From positions 1 to 61,465 of the forward strand of contig CALIUI010000083.1 of the NCBI GenBank assembly GCA_938048815.1: DNA of 61,465 nt, given 5' to 3'. Position 1 is the first letter of the stretch. Every line of letters starts with the position of its first letter. Source of the DNA: an uncultured Aquificaceae bacterium (GTDB taxonomy: Bacteria > Aquificota > Aquificia > Aquificales > Aquificaceae). A program made the translations under genes and the position numbers. Positions 45,622-55,828 of the stretch are shown piece after piece. The notes below the pieces were generated by a model. It made no database searches and was not told where the DNA came from. It saw only the letters and a list, made by a program, of their open reading frames with translations.

Positions 45622-46838
45622 TTTTTGCCCTTTACGTACTGCTCCCAGTTTTCCTTGGTGAAGGGGGAAAGCTCCCTTAAGATTTTGACAGTTTTGGGAA
45701 ACTCCTCCAATATATAATCCACATCCTCCTGAGTGTTATCTCTTCCAAAACTAAAGACTATGGAGCCATTAGCTATTTCCTTTGGCACACCTATGGCAAA
45801 GAGAACATGAGATTGTTTCAAAGCCAAAGAAACACAGGCAGAGCCAGAGGCGGTTTCAATACCCATAAGGTCAAGCCTTAAAAGCATCGCCTCTCCTTCT
45901 ATGAGATGAACTATAAGGGAAAGATGGTGGGGAAGCCTTTGAGTGGGATGACCTGTAAATTCTATCATATCAAGCTTTTCCTCAAGTCCCTTTCTTAGTT
46001 GGTCTCTATAGCGGGAAAGCCTTTCCATCCTATCGGGCAATTCTTTCATGGCGAGTTCACAGGCAGCACCAAAGCCCACTATACCAGGTACGTTTTCTGT
46101 ACCAGCCCTTATACCCCTTTCTTGAGTCCCTCCTTCTATAAGGGGCTTTACCTTTACTCCCTTTCTTGTCCATAGGGCTCCCACTCCTTTAGGACCATAC
46201 ATGAGATGAGCGGTAAAGGATGCAGCATCCACACCCCAATCTTTGAGGTCCACAGGATAATGGCCAAGGGTAGGGCAGGCATCTGTGTGAAAGATAACCT
46301 TTGGATTTTTCTCCTTTGCAGCTTTTACAAGCTCCTTTATGTTTTGTATGGTGCCTATCTCTCTGTTGGAGTGTCCTATGCTTATTAAAACTGTGTCGGA
46401 CCTTATGGCTTCTGCCAGCTGGTCTGGGTGTATAAGGCCATACTTATCGGGTTTTAGGTAGGTTACTTCCCATCCATTCCTTTCAAGGTTTTTCAAGGGA
46501 TGGAGTATGGAATGGTGTTCTATCTCTGTGGTGATTATGTGCCTTCCTTTCTTTTCATAAGCTTCTGCTATACCCTTTATGGCCAAATTGTTTGCTTCTA
46601 TACCACCAGAGGTAAATATTATCTCCTCTGGGGAGTTGGCTTTTATAAGTGTTGCCAACTTTTCTCTGGCTTCGTTTATAGCTTTTTTGGCAATTTGCCC
46701 AAAGCTGTGAAGGGATGTAGGATTTCCAAAGTGTTCCCTAAAATAGGGAAGCATTGCATCTATTACCTCTTGAGCTACTGGTGTGGTAGCTATATGGTCT
46801 AAATAGACCACCCTTTTGCCTGCCTTTTGTATAAACAT
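45618..46838 (-). CDS. iscS: Cysteine desulfurase (IscS/NifS class I); PLP-lysine position appears substituted
   Basis: YLDHIATTP, GNPTSLH, RAGTEN, SGSAC; FTAHLMYGPKG has L where HK is usual. Confidence 0.85.
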   Translation of the reverse strand: MFIQKAGKRVVYLDHIATTPVAQEVIDAMLPYFREHFGNPTSLHSFGQIAKKAINEAREKLATLIKANSPEEIIFTSGGIEANNLAIKGIAEAYEKKGRHIITTEIEHHSILHPLKNLERNGWEVTYLKPDKYGLIHPDQLAEAIRSDTVLISIGHSNREIGTIQNIKELVKAAKEKNPKVIFHTDACPTLGHYPVDLKDWGVDAASFTAHLMYGPKGVGALWTRKGVKVKPLIEGGTQERGIRAGTENVPGIVGFGAACELAMKELPDRMERLSRYRDQLRKGLEEKLDMIEFTGHPTQRLPHHLSLIVHLIEGEAMLLRLDLMGIETASGSACVSLALKQSHVLFAIGVPKEIANGSIVFSFGRDNTQEDVDYILEEFPKTVKILRELSPFTKENWEQYVKGKK

Positions 46839-46842
46839 CTTT

Positions 46843-47877
46843 TTACCTCCTTTGTAAAATATCGCTTATTAGCTTTGCCATGCCTATGAAAGCCTTTGAG
46901 CTTTCCGAATCGGGATGGCTTTCTACCACCGGGATTCCCATATCGGAAGTTTCCGCCAAATCGGGATCTATGGGAATGGAGCCAAGTACCTTTAGTCCAT
47001 AAGTGGTGGCAAACTCTGGTACCCTACCCTTTCCAAAGATGTAATACCTTTTGCCGCTATCGGGGCATACAAAGTAAGCCATGTTCTCTATAACACCAAG
47101 GATTGGAATATCAACCTCTTTAAACATGGCAACAGCCTTTTTCACATCCGCCAAGGCTACATCCTGGGGTGTGGTAACCACGATAGCACCACTCATATAA
47201 ACATTCTGGGCAAGGGTAAGCTGTACGTCGCCCGTGCCCGGTGGCAAGTCCAAAACCAAAAAGTCAAGCTCTCCCCACCTCACGTCAAAAAGAAACTGGG
47301 TAAGAGCCCTCATAAGCATGGGACCACGCCATATTACAGGCGTATCCTCCGAGGGCAACAAAAAGCCGATGGATAAGGTCTTTATACCATACTTTTCTAT
47401 AGGAATAATCCTATTTTCCTCATCCACATGAACCCTTTCACCCTTTATACCCAAAAGGGTGGGAACGCTTGGACCATATATATCCGCATCCAAAAGCCCT
47501 ACCCTATACCCAAGCTTGGAAAGGGCAAGGGCTAAGTTGGCAGAAATAGTAGATTTCCCTACACCGCCCTTTCCACTACCCACCGCTATGAGATGTTTTA
47601 CGTTGGGAACCCTCCTCCTTGTAAAGGCTGGAGCCCCCATAACGGGCTGTGCAGGAATGTCCTCCACAAACCTGATCTTTACATCCTCCACGTCGGGAAC
47701 GCTCTCTAAAGCCCTTTGGGTTTTCTCTACTATCTCCTCTTCTAAGCCCTTCTTGGGAAGTCTGTATATTATTTCAAGGGTCTGACCTATAAGCTTTATA
47801 TCCTTTACAAGCTCCGAAAGCCTTGAGTTCTCAACGACCACATCTCTGAGAGAATCCATTATGTCCTTGATAGCCAT
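46843..47877 (-). CDS. mrp: Mrp/ApbC Fe-S cluster carrier ATPase
   Basis: SGKGGVGKST, DADIYGPS, WRGPM, DLPPGTGD and ENM motifs. Confidence 0.95.
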   Translation of the reverse strand: MAIKDIMDSLRDVVVENSRLSELVKDIKLIGQTLEIIYRLPKKGLEEEIVEKTQRALESVPDVEDVKIRFVEDIPAQPVMGAPAFTRRRVPNVKHLIAVGSGKGGVGKSTISANLALALSKLGYRVGLLDADIYGPSVPTLLGIKGERVHVDEENRIIPIEKYGIKTLSIGFLLPSEDTPVIWRGPMLMRALTQFLFDVRWGELDFLVLDLPPGTGDVQLTLAQNVYMSGAIVVTTPQDVALADVKKAVAMFKEVDIPILGVIENMAYFVCPDSGKRYYIFGKGRVPEFATTYGLKVLGSIPIDPDLAETSDMGIPVVESHPDSESSKAFIGMAKLISDILQRR

Positions 47878-47947
47878 GCTATCCTCCTTGACCTTTTAAA
47901 ATAATATATTTAGCGCTTATAAAACTTATATGAGAATTATCAAAGCC

Positions 47948-48306
47948 AGGGTGTTTCAAAAATAGCCCCTTTTACAGGGCTATCGCCCCCACCCCCTGTA
48001 GCAGGAGCTAACTTGGCAGAGAGTGCCGTCAGCACCACTACCTTAAGAACTTGCCAAGGATTAGGGATACCTTTGCTTGTTCCATCCAGATTATTCTGTA
48101 GTTTGTTTAACAAATCCCTATAAACCTTAGGTATCCTTTCCCTTAGCCCCAAGCCCCTTCTTGCTATCACATAAGCGGAAGCTACATCCTTTGTTAGCAT
48201 GTATTGGGGTGAATACTTTAATATGCCTATGGTAATGGATTTACTTCTATAACCTGTATCCCGTTCCTTTTTGCCAGTAGTTTTATTCTTTCCAGTATTC
48301 TTTTAT
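47948..48306 (-). mobile_element. Family C element: tnpB-related gene 3' remnant ending in a TIR
   Basis: LTKDVASAYVIARRGLGLRERIP..WQVLKVVVLTALS; TIR AGGGTGTTTCAAAAA; paralog of 16165-16503. Confidence 0.85.
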
Positions 48307-48456
48307 ACGCCCGGTGAGAAATTCTATTTTCATCGGTATCGCAGGCAGAAATGCCTGCGGTAAAAGAACAGGATAGAAGCCTGAACTACCGGAATTTTGA
48401 ATTCCTTGCGGCGGTCAATGAACCACCCCTACAAAGGATAATTTTTCACTCAGCGT
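48307..48456. repeat. Family A MITE, complete 150 bp
   Basis: Ends ACGCCCGGTGAGAAAT / ATTTTTCACTCAGCGT; three hairpins present. Confidence 0.85.
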
Positions 48457-48476
48457 TTATTTGCTATAATATCCTT

Positions 48477-49217
48477 ATGAAACTCATATCCGCCAACTGG
48501 AAGATGAATCTTACACCTTCACAGTCTGTACAATACCTACAAAAATTCCTGCCCCTTGTGGAAGATGTAAGGGATAGGGAGATTCTCCTATGCCCACCCT
48601 TCACTTCCCTGTGCGTAGCCTATGAAATATTAAAGGATAAGGAGGTTAAGCTTGGTGCCCAGAATTGTTATTATGAAAAGAAGGGAGCCTTTACCGGAGA
48701 GATATCCTTAAGCATGTTAAAAGATCTTGGTGTTTCCTACGTTATAGTAGGACACTCGGAAAGGAGATGGATCTTTGGAGAATCTGACGAGCTTATAAAC
48801 AAAAAGCTTACCGCCTGCCTTGAGGAAGGTATAAGGCCCATTTTGTGTGTGGGGGAAAGGATAGAGGAAAGGGAAGCAGGATTAACCTTCAAGGTGGTGG
48901 AAACCCAGATAAGGCTTGCCCTTTCGGGCATAGAAGCCTTTACAGACAGTATAGACATAGCCTACGAGCCAGTGTGGGCTATCGGCACTGGAAACCCAGC
49001 CACTCCAGAGGATGCCCAGCTGGTGCATGCCTTCATAAAAGACCTTTTATACATCCTAAACCCAAAGCATGAAGGAAGGACAAGAGTCCTTTACGGTGGA
49101 AGCGTAAATCCACAAAATGCCTCCCATTTTATGGCAAAAAGGGATGTGGATGGTCTTCTTGTAGGCGGTGCCAGTTTAGACCCTGAAGCCTTTGCCAAGA
49201 TCGTAAAGAGCTTTTAA
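48477..49217 (+). CDS. tpiA: Triosephosphate isomerase
   Basis: ANWKM, GHSERR, AYEPVWAIGTG, YGGSV and LVGGASL; the ORF-track extension upstream is repeat DNA. Confidence 0.97.
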   Translation: MKLISANWKMNLTPSQSVQYLQKFLPLVEDVRDREILLCPPFTSLCVAYEILKDKEVKLGAQNCYYEKKGAFTGEISLSMLKDLGVSYVIVGHSERRWIFGESDELINKKLTACLEEGIRPILCVGERIEEREAGLTFKVVETQIRLALSGIEAFTDSIDIAYEPVWAIGTGNPATPEDAQLVHAFIKDLLYILNPKHEGRTRVLYGGSVNPQNASHFMAKRDVDGLLVGGASLDPEAFAKIVKSF

Positions 49218-50234
49218 AGAAAGCACAGGTATAGGAAGGTAAATAGAGAGCAATAAACTAAAGCTTATTCCCGTATTTTCCATCAAAGACCTTATAAGAG
49301 CAAGCAAAAGCCAATGGAAGAAGAAAACCGCCACTAAAGATAAAAGAGCCCACTCAAGGCGTCTCCACCTTAAACAAGCCCAGGCTACCACAAGGCTTAA
49401 AAGGAAAGTAAAAATTGAGTTTAAAAGCCTTCTTGCTATTTCATAAAGGTAATGCCGCTGGTTTATACCTATCTCTTTACCTATAAAGCTTAGCAGAAAA
49501 AGCTCCTTCATAGCCAGGTGCTCTGGCTTTTCCGCAAGGGACGCTATATGGGAAAGGTTTATGTAGTTAAGGGTGATCTTCTGGGTTGATTCCTCACCCT
49601 TTAAAAGGTCTTTTAAATGAGCTTCCCTCAACTCTATGACCTCGCCCTTCCATTCCCCCTTTTCCGCAGTGATCACTTCACTTATAGAGCTTTCCACCAC
49701 CTTAAGCCTGTAAAAACCCATCAAAAGACCGCTTGAAACATCCACAAGATCAAAATGATAAAAGGCTCTAATGCTGTTTTTTTCCTCTATAAGCCACAGG
49801 TTTCTAACTATGCCCCTTTCCAATTCCTTTGCCTTTTTGTGCTCCTTTTCTATTCTGTAAAGGTTCTTTTGACTTCTTGGATAAAGGTTATAACTTCCAA
49901 AGAGGTCTAAAAGGGACAGGAAAAAGGAAAAGAAAAGGACTATTGAGGAAAATCTAAGGGGTGATATACCAAAGCTTTGGGAAAGCAAGTCTATTTTTCT
50001 TTGGATAAACCTTCTAAAAGAAATCACAAGGGCAAGCCCTGTCACAAAGGAGCCAATATAAAAGAAAAGGACGGGTAGCAAATTTAAAGTGTAAGATAGG
50101 AAGATATGCCAACCTTTCTCTTTAAAGATTAAAAAGAACTCACTTAGCAGATAAATATAAAGAATACCAAGGATGGCCAAAAAGATCACCAAAAAAGTTT
50201 TCAAATAATTGAAAAGGATGTATCTGTTTAGCAT
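49176..50234 (-). CDS. LptF/LptG family LPS export permease
   Basis: LNRYI start, 3 TM + periplasmic beta domain + 3 TM layout, GISP motif. Confidence 0.8.
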   Translation of the reverse strand: MLNRYILFNYLKTFLVIFLAILGILYIYLLSEFFLIFKEKGWHIFLSYTLNLLPVLFFYIGSFVTGLALVISFRRFIQRKIDLLSQSFGISPLRFSSIVLFFSFFLSLLDLFGSYNLYPRSQKNLYRIEKEHKKAKELERGIVRNLWLIEEKNSIRAFYHFDLVDVSSGLLMGFYRLKVVESSISEVITAEKGEWKGEVIELREAHLKDLLKGEESTQKITLNYINLSHIASLAEKPEHLAMKELFLLSFIGKEIGINQRHYLYEIARRLLNSIFTFLLSLVVAWACLRWRRLEWALLSLVAVFFFHWLLLALIRSLMENTGISFSLLLSIYLPIPVLSLKALYDLGKGFRV

Positions 50235-50250
50235 AGGTTAAAATTTTAAT

Positions 50251-51288
50251 ATGCATACCTCCCTTTATTCTCTTCATAAAAAGCTTGGTGCCAAGTTTAT
50301 CCCCTTTGCCGGTTGGGAGATGCCGGTGGAATACTCTTCTATAAAGGAAGAAGTGTGGGCTGTAAGGAATGCCTGCGGGCTTTTTGATATATCCCACATG
50401 GGAAGGCTTTTGATAAAAAAGGGAATAAAAAGCCTTGATTATCTAACTTCAAGAAGGATAGACAAGGTTAAACCCCTTAGGGTTCAATATAACCTTTTAA
50501 TGAACGAAAAGGGCGGTGTGAAGGATGACATAACTCTGTATAAGCTATCGGAGGAGGAAGTTTTTCTATGTGTGAATTCTGCCAATAAGGATAAGGTATG
50601 TAAGGGACTTACAGAAAAGGGTATAGAGGTGGAGGATATTAGCGAAAGGACCCTACAGATAGCCCTTCAGGGACCAAAGGCGGTGGAGCTTTTGAAAAAT
50701 TATTATCCCATTGAGGATTTGAAGTACTATCACTTTGGAGTTTTTGATGGTACTATCATTTCCCGCACAGGATACACGGGAGAAGATGGCTTTGAAATAT
50801 ACATAGAAGTATCCAAAGGTTTGGAGCTTTTTGAAGAGCTTTTAAGGGATTGTATTCCCTGCGGTTTGGGTGCGAGGGATGTGCTAAGGATAGAGGCGGG
50901 TATGCCCCTTTATGGGCATGAACTTTCCGAAGATATAACACCCTTTGAAGCAAGCTTGGATAGGTATGTAGACCTTGAAAAGGAGTTTATAGGAAAGGAA
51001 GAGCTTTTGAAAAAGCCCATAAAGTTTAAGCTTTTTGGTATGGAGCTTCTCCAAAGGGGAGTACCAAGGGAAGGATACGGTATTTTTTACGAAGGCAAAG
51101 AAATAGGTCATGTAAGCAGTGGCACCTTTTCTCCAACTCTTCAGAAGGGTATAGGCTTGTGCTTTGTGAATGTGGAATACAGACAAGAAGGCTTTTCTGT
51201 GAAGGTAGATATTAGGGGTAAAAGGATTCCCGCAAGACTTAGAAGCTATCCCTTTGTAAAGATAAGCCCACGCTTAGTGGGAAGTTAA
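50251..51288 (+). CDS. gcvT: Glycine cleavage system T protein
   Basis: FAGWEMPVEY, FDISHMG, SRTGYTGEDGFE and GLGARDVLRIEAG. Confidence 0.96.
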   Translation: MHTSLYSLHKKLGAKFIPFAGWEMPVEYSSIKEEVWAVRNACGLFDISHMGRLLIKKGIKSLDYLTSRRIDKVKPLRVQYNLLMNEKGGVKDDITLYKLSEEEVFLCVNSANKDKVCKGLTEKGIEVEDISERTLQIALQGPKAVELLKNYYPIEDLKYYHFGVFDGTIISRTGYTGEDGFEIYIEVSKGLELFEELLRDCIPCGLGARDVLRIEAGMPLYGHELSEDITPFEASLDRYVDLEKEFIGKEELLKKPIKFKLFGMELLQRGVPREGYGIFYEGKEIGHVSSGTFSPTLQKGIGLCFVNVEYRQEGFSVKVDIRGKRIPARLRSYPFVKISPRLVGS

Positions 51289-51300
51289 AGCTTTATCCTC

Positions 51301-51576
51301 TCACCCGTATCCAAAAATCAAATCAAAGATGCCCGGCTCTATCTGTATTTCCCATTCTTTGTAGTTTTCCTCTTTGTTTATAACCACCAGATAGCCTTCC
51401 CTTTCAAAGTAGAGTACAAGCTTTGCAAGGTTCGATAGACCGCACAACTTGGCACTTTTCAAATTGGCTATCTTTATCCTTGGCTGGCTTTCCGCCTCCT
51501 TGTATAAACTTGGTAGTTCATCCCTTAGGCTATAATGGAGAGTTTCAAAATCACACACCCAAAGCCTCCTTAACAA
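51301..51576 (-). CDS. Hypothetical protein (possible winged helix)
   Basis: 91-aa ORF overlapping the murE end; no recognised motif. Confidence 0.55.
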   Translation of the reverse strand: MLRRLWVCDFETLHYSLRDELPSLYKEAESQPRIKIANLKSAKLCGLSNLAKLVLYFEREGYLVVINKEENYKEWEIQIEPGIFDLIFGYG

Positions 51577-52942
51577 CCTCAGAGTCTTTAAAGGGATATT
51601 TTACCCCTTTTATTTCTTGATAGTCTTCGTGCCCTTTGCCCGCCACTACTATAACGTCCCCCTTCTTGGCAATACTTATGGCAAGCTCTATAGCCTTTTT
51701 TCTGTCCTCTTCTATTAGCACCTTTGACCTGTTTTCAATGCCCTTGAGTATATCCTCTATAATGTCCATGGGCTCTTCAAACCTTGGATTGTCAGAAGTT
51801 AAGATCACAAGGTCTGCCAAGCCTTCTGCCACCTTTCCCATCAAAGATCTTTTGGTTTTGTCCCTGTTGCCGCCGGCACCAAAGACCGCAATAAGCCTGT
51901 TCTTTGATAAGGATTTGGCGGTTTTTAGAACCTTTTCAAGGGCATCGGGCGTGTGGGCATAATCTACTACCACTATAAAACCTTTGCCCTTGTATACTTC
52001 AAACCTTCCGGGTACATAGACCTTTTTAATACCTTCTTGTATAGCCTCTGGGGAAAGGTCCCAAAGGAAGCCCAAAAGTATGCCAAGAGCCAAGTTATAG
52101 GCTTGAAAGCTGCCCCTTAGATTGGAATAAAAGGCGTAGTCCTTTCCCTGGTACTCCACCCTTAGCTTTGAGCCCTCAAAGCTTGTAGAAAAATCCAAGA
52201 TTCTAAGGTCTCCCTCCTTCCCATAGACCTTTACCCCTTTTGCCATATTTATAAGCCTTTTCCCCCATTCATCGTCGCCATTTATAAGGGCATATTGGTA
52301 GGAGTATTCGGTAAAAAGCCTCGCCTTTGCCATAAAGTAGTCTTCCATGCTTTTGTGATAGTCAAGGTGGTCTTGGCTTAGGTTGGTAAAGGCAACGGTG
52401 TGAAACTGAGTGCCCCATACCCTCCTTTGGTCCAAGGCATGGGAAGAGATTTCACAGACAACAGCCTGAGCACCCTCTTCTTTCATGCTCTTTAACGTAG
52501 AATGCCACTTTATAGGGTCTGGAGTAGTCCTTCCCTCGTATTCGTATATCTTATCACCAAGGCGGTAGTAGATGGTCCCTATAAGACCTGTCTTTATGCC
52601 TGCGGTGTTTAATATAGACTCTATTATGTGTGTGCTTGTAGTTTTCCCATTGGTGCCTGTGATACCTATTATCCTTAGGTCCTTTGATGGTTCTTTATAA
52701 AAAAGACTTGATAATTCACCGAGGGCTAACCTTGTATCCTCCACCCTTATTATCCGTGGGTCTTTTATGGGCAGGTCCCTTTCTACGATCACCCACTTGG
52801 CACCCCTATCCAGAGCCTCCTTAAGGAAATCATGGCCATCTTTCTGACTTCCTTTTATGGCAACGAATATGAAGTCCTTTCCTACTTCCTTTGAGTTGGC
52901 AGTTATTCCCTTTACGCCTTTCAAAAGGTCTTTTAGCCTCAC
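51551..52942 (-). CDS. murE: UDP-N-acetylmuramoyl-L-alanyl-D-glutamate--DAP ligase
   Basis: GTNGKTT, TTP, EISSH, DHLDYH, DYAHTPD, DNPR (DAP-specific), GKGHE. Confidence 0.96.
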   Translation of the reverse strand: MRLKDLLKGVKGITANSKEVGKDFIFVAIKGSQKDGHDFLKEALDRGAKWVIVERDLPIKDPRIIRVEDTRLALGELSSLFYKEPSKDLRIIGITGTNGKTTSTHIIESILNTAGIKTGLIGTIYYRLGDKIYEYEGRTTPDPIKWHSTLKSMKEEGAQAVVCEISSHALDQRRVWGTQFHTVAFTNLSQDHLDYHKSMEDYFMAKARLFTEYSYQYALINGDDEWGKRLINMAKGVKVYGKEGDLRILDFSTSFEGSKLRVEYQGKDYAFYSNLRGSFQAYNLALGILLGFLWDLSPEAIQEGIKKVYVPGRFEVYKGKGFIVVVDYAHTPDALEKVLKTAKSLSKNRLIAVFGAGGNRDKTKRSLMGKVAEGLADLVILTSDNPRFEEPMDIIEDILKGIENRSKVLIEEDRKKAIELAISIAKKGDVIVVAGKGHEDYQEIKGVKYPFKDSEVVKEALGV

Positions 52943-53937
52943 TTTTCTGTTATGGTTTCTTCAACCTTCATACCAAAGTGTCTGCCCGCCTCCTCCACAT
53001 AGCCAAGGACTTCATCCCCTTCCTTTAACTCCGCCACAGATAGGGGGGTTCCATCTGGCCTTGTCAGTCTTATAGTTTCCGCATTTTGCAAAACTGCGCT
53101 TATTTTTTTGTTTTCGTATTTGCCCTCCACCAGAAGCATGGGCCTTCTTTCCACCTTTGCCCTTCCCACATATACCAGCCTACCTTTTCCTTGGTAGTCA
53201 TAAACCATAACCGCATCACCCGCAGAAAGCTCACAAAGATATTTGGTTTTGTTTTCTGGCACCCTTATATACATATGGACAGCGCCCGCATTTACCCTAA
53301 AGGGCCTTGAAGCCACATAGGGGTTTTCCTCTGTTTCCGCATGCACGAGGAACATACCCCCCGAAGAGTTGCCCACCAACATTCCCTCTCCACGGTGAAG
53401 TATAGAAGTGGTATCCACGCAAACTCTATCTCCAAGACCAAGGGGCAATATCCTTGTTATCTTTACCACCACAAGGGGTAATTTCTCTTCAGACTCTTCC
53501 AAAGCCTTACCTACCCTTTTTATGGTGTTTATATCCTTTGTCTTTAGGACCACACCCTTTACACCCTTTTCAAGCACCTTTATGGCAAGCCTTGCCTCTT
53601 CTTCATTTTTTACCACTGCGTAGAGCTCTTCCCTTTGAGCTATTAGGTTTTCAAGGGGGATTATGGTCCAGTCGGTGGTTTCTACTATAACTTTTACATG
53701 GGCTGGAAACCTGCCAGCCCTTTCTTCATCCTCCTTTCCCTTGATGAGCACATACACATAATCCCTGCCTTCCACCAGGTCTCCACCATCCTTTGAAGCC
53801 ACAAGAACCCTTCCAAGGGATTTTACTTCTTGAGTTTTTGATGGGTCGGAAAGCAGTATAACCTTTGCCCCCGACTCCAAGGCGGTGGTTATAAGCTTTT
53901 TATCATACTCTTGAGCCCAATACCAAAAATCCTTCAT
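52939..53937 (-). CDS. 3-dehydroquinate synthase II (archaeal-type)
   Basis: [44 protein letters not shown]. Confidence 0.92.
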   Translation of the reverse strand: MKDFWYWAQEYDKKLITTALESGAKVILLSDPSKTQEVKSLGRVLVASKDGGDLVEGRDYVYVLIKGKEDEERAGRFPAHVKVIVETTDWTIIPLENLIAQREELYAVVKNEEEARLAIKVLEKGVKGVVLKTKDINTIKRVGKALEESEEKLPLVVVKITRILPLGLGDRVCVDTTSILHRGEGMLVGNSSGGMFLVHAETEENPYVASRPFRVNAGAVHMYIRVPENKTKYLCELSAGDAVMVYDYQGKGRLVYVGRAKVERRPMLLVEGKYENKKISAVLQNAETIRLTRPDGTPLSVAELKEGDEVLGYVEEAGRHFGMKVEETITEK

Positions 53938-53962
53938 AAAAAAACATTATAACTTATCAAAC

Positions 53963-54104
53963 ACGCTGGGTAAGAAATTATCCCTTGTAGGGGTAGTTTA
54001 TTGACCACCACAGAAAGTTTAAAATCCAGGTATTTTAGGCTTCCAGCCTGTATTTTTTTCCGCAGGCAAGGATGCCTGCGCTACCGATAAAAAGTGAGAT
54101 TTTT
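53963..54104. repeat. Family A MITE (nearly complete)
   Basis: ACGCTGGGTAAGAAAT end; GTAGGGGTAG.., AGGCTTCCAGCCT and CGCAGGCA-agga-TGCCTGCG-CTAC. Confidence 0.82.
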
Positions 54105-54128
54105 GGATTAAATTTATAACTCAAAAAG

Positions 54129-55287
54129 ATGAAAAATATAGAATGGATTCCCCATCGTATACTTCTCCTTTCTTACCTTGTGGTTATAATCGTAGGGTCT
54201 GTCCTTATATACCTTTCTGCCAACATACGGATAAGCTACATAGATGCCCTTTTTACCGCTACCTCTGCTACAACAGTTACAGGTCTTGTGGTGATTGATA
54301 CGGAAAAGGATCTTAGTCTTTTGGGGAAGTTGATGGTCCTTCTACTTATACAGGTAGGCGGGCTTGGTTATATGACTCTTACCACCTAGTCCTTTAACTA
54401 CCCGGGGGTACATGGGCTTGTAAGGTTTTTAAAAAGGATTGTGCCCGTGGTGTTCTTTATAGAGTTTCTTGGTGCCCTTGCCCTCTTTCCAAGCTTTTTG
54501 CTTAAGTTGAAGGATCCTTTCAACGCCCTCTTTGCAAGCCTTTTTCATTCCATCTCCGCTTTTAACAACGCTGGCTTTTCTACCTTTTCGGACAACCTCA
54601 CAAGGTTTAGAGGAGACCCATGGGTAAATCTTATAATAAGCCTTTTAATAGTCCTTGGTGGTCTTGGCTTTTATGTGATATACGAGGTGATCCTTTACTG
54701 GAGAGGCGAGCTTAAAAGATTGTCCACCCACACAAAGCTTGTCTTTTTATCTTCTGGCTTTCTTATACTTTTAGGCTTTTTTGGACTCCTCTACGACCTA
54801 TGGAGGTTTAAAAGCTTGTCTTTGGGCGAGAAGCTTTTAGCAAGCCTATTCCATAGCGTATCCGCAAGGACTGCCGGCTTTAACACAATAGATTTATCAA
54901 AGCTTTCCGAAGCATCCCAGTTTTTGCTTATAAACCTTATGTTTATAGGTGCATCGCCCGGAAGTACAGGTGGCGGTATAAAAACCATAACCGCAACGAT
55001 AATCCTCTGCCTATAATACTTTTACCGCCATACTCTTGGCGGAGCTTGAGGGTATAAGGCTTCTTCCTGCTCTTTTTGAAGCGGTTTCCTCCTTTGCCAC
55101 AGTTGGTCTTTCCCTTGGAAATCCGCAAGGATTAAGCCTTTGTGCAGATTTCTCTCCCTTTGGCAAAGCTATTATAATTCTTAACATGCTTGTTGGCAGG
55201 GTAGGATTGCTTGGTTTTATGCTTGCCCTTGTGGGAAGAAGCAAGCCAAGTCATATAAAACTCCCAGAGGCTAAGCTATTGATATGA
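54129..55287 (+). pseudogene. trkH: TrkH/KtrB K+ channel subunit, fragmented
   Basis: Pore motifs SATTVTGL, SAFNNAGF, ARTAGF and FATVGLS split over three ORFs with deletions. Confidence 0.88.
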
Positions 55288-55816
55288 AAAAGGTTTTTGG
55301 AGTTATTGGATTGGGTAGGTTTGGCTTTAACGTGGCAAAGACCTTGGCAGAGGGTGGTGCGGAGGTGATCGCCTGCGATATAGACGAAGAGAAGGTAAGA
55401 CAGATATCGGAATTGGTAAGCTCCGCTTTTGTATTGGACGCCACCGACGAAAAAGCTCTTAAGGAATCGGGTATAGCTAACGCAGACACGGTTATCGTAA
55501 GCATAGGAGAAAACGTGGAAGCCAGCCTTTTGGTGGTAGTGCAATTGATGGAACTTGGTGTGAAAGAGATAATAGCAAAGGCAGTTAATCCTCTCCATGG
55601 GAGGGTTTTGGAAAGGCTTGGAGTAAGTAGGGTTATACATCCAGAGAGAGATATGGCTATAAGGCTTGCTCACTCTTTAGAAAAAGGTACGATATAACAG
55701 TTCTTGCCATAAAGAGGGGAGAAAGGTTTGTAGTAAATCCCTCAAGCGACGAAAAAATACTTCCAAAGGACATATTGATGGTGTTGGGCAACAAAACAAA
55801 AATAGGCTCTTTATGA
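55284..55816 (+). pseudogene. trkA: TrkA/KtrA regulatory subunit with internal deletion/frameshift
   Basis: GLGRFG RCK-N ORF stops at 55697; RCK-C tail ITVLAIKRGERFVVNP...DILMVLG continues in another frame. Confidence 0.8.
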
Positions 55817-55828
55817 TATCATAAGCCT

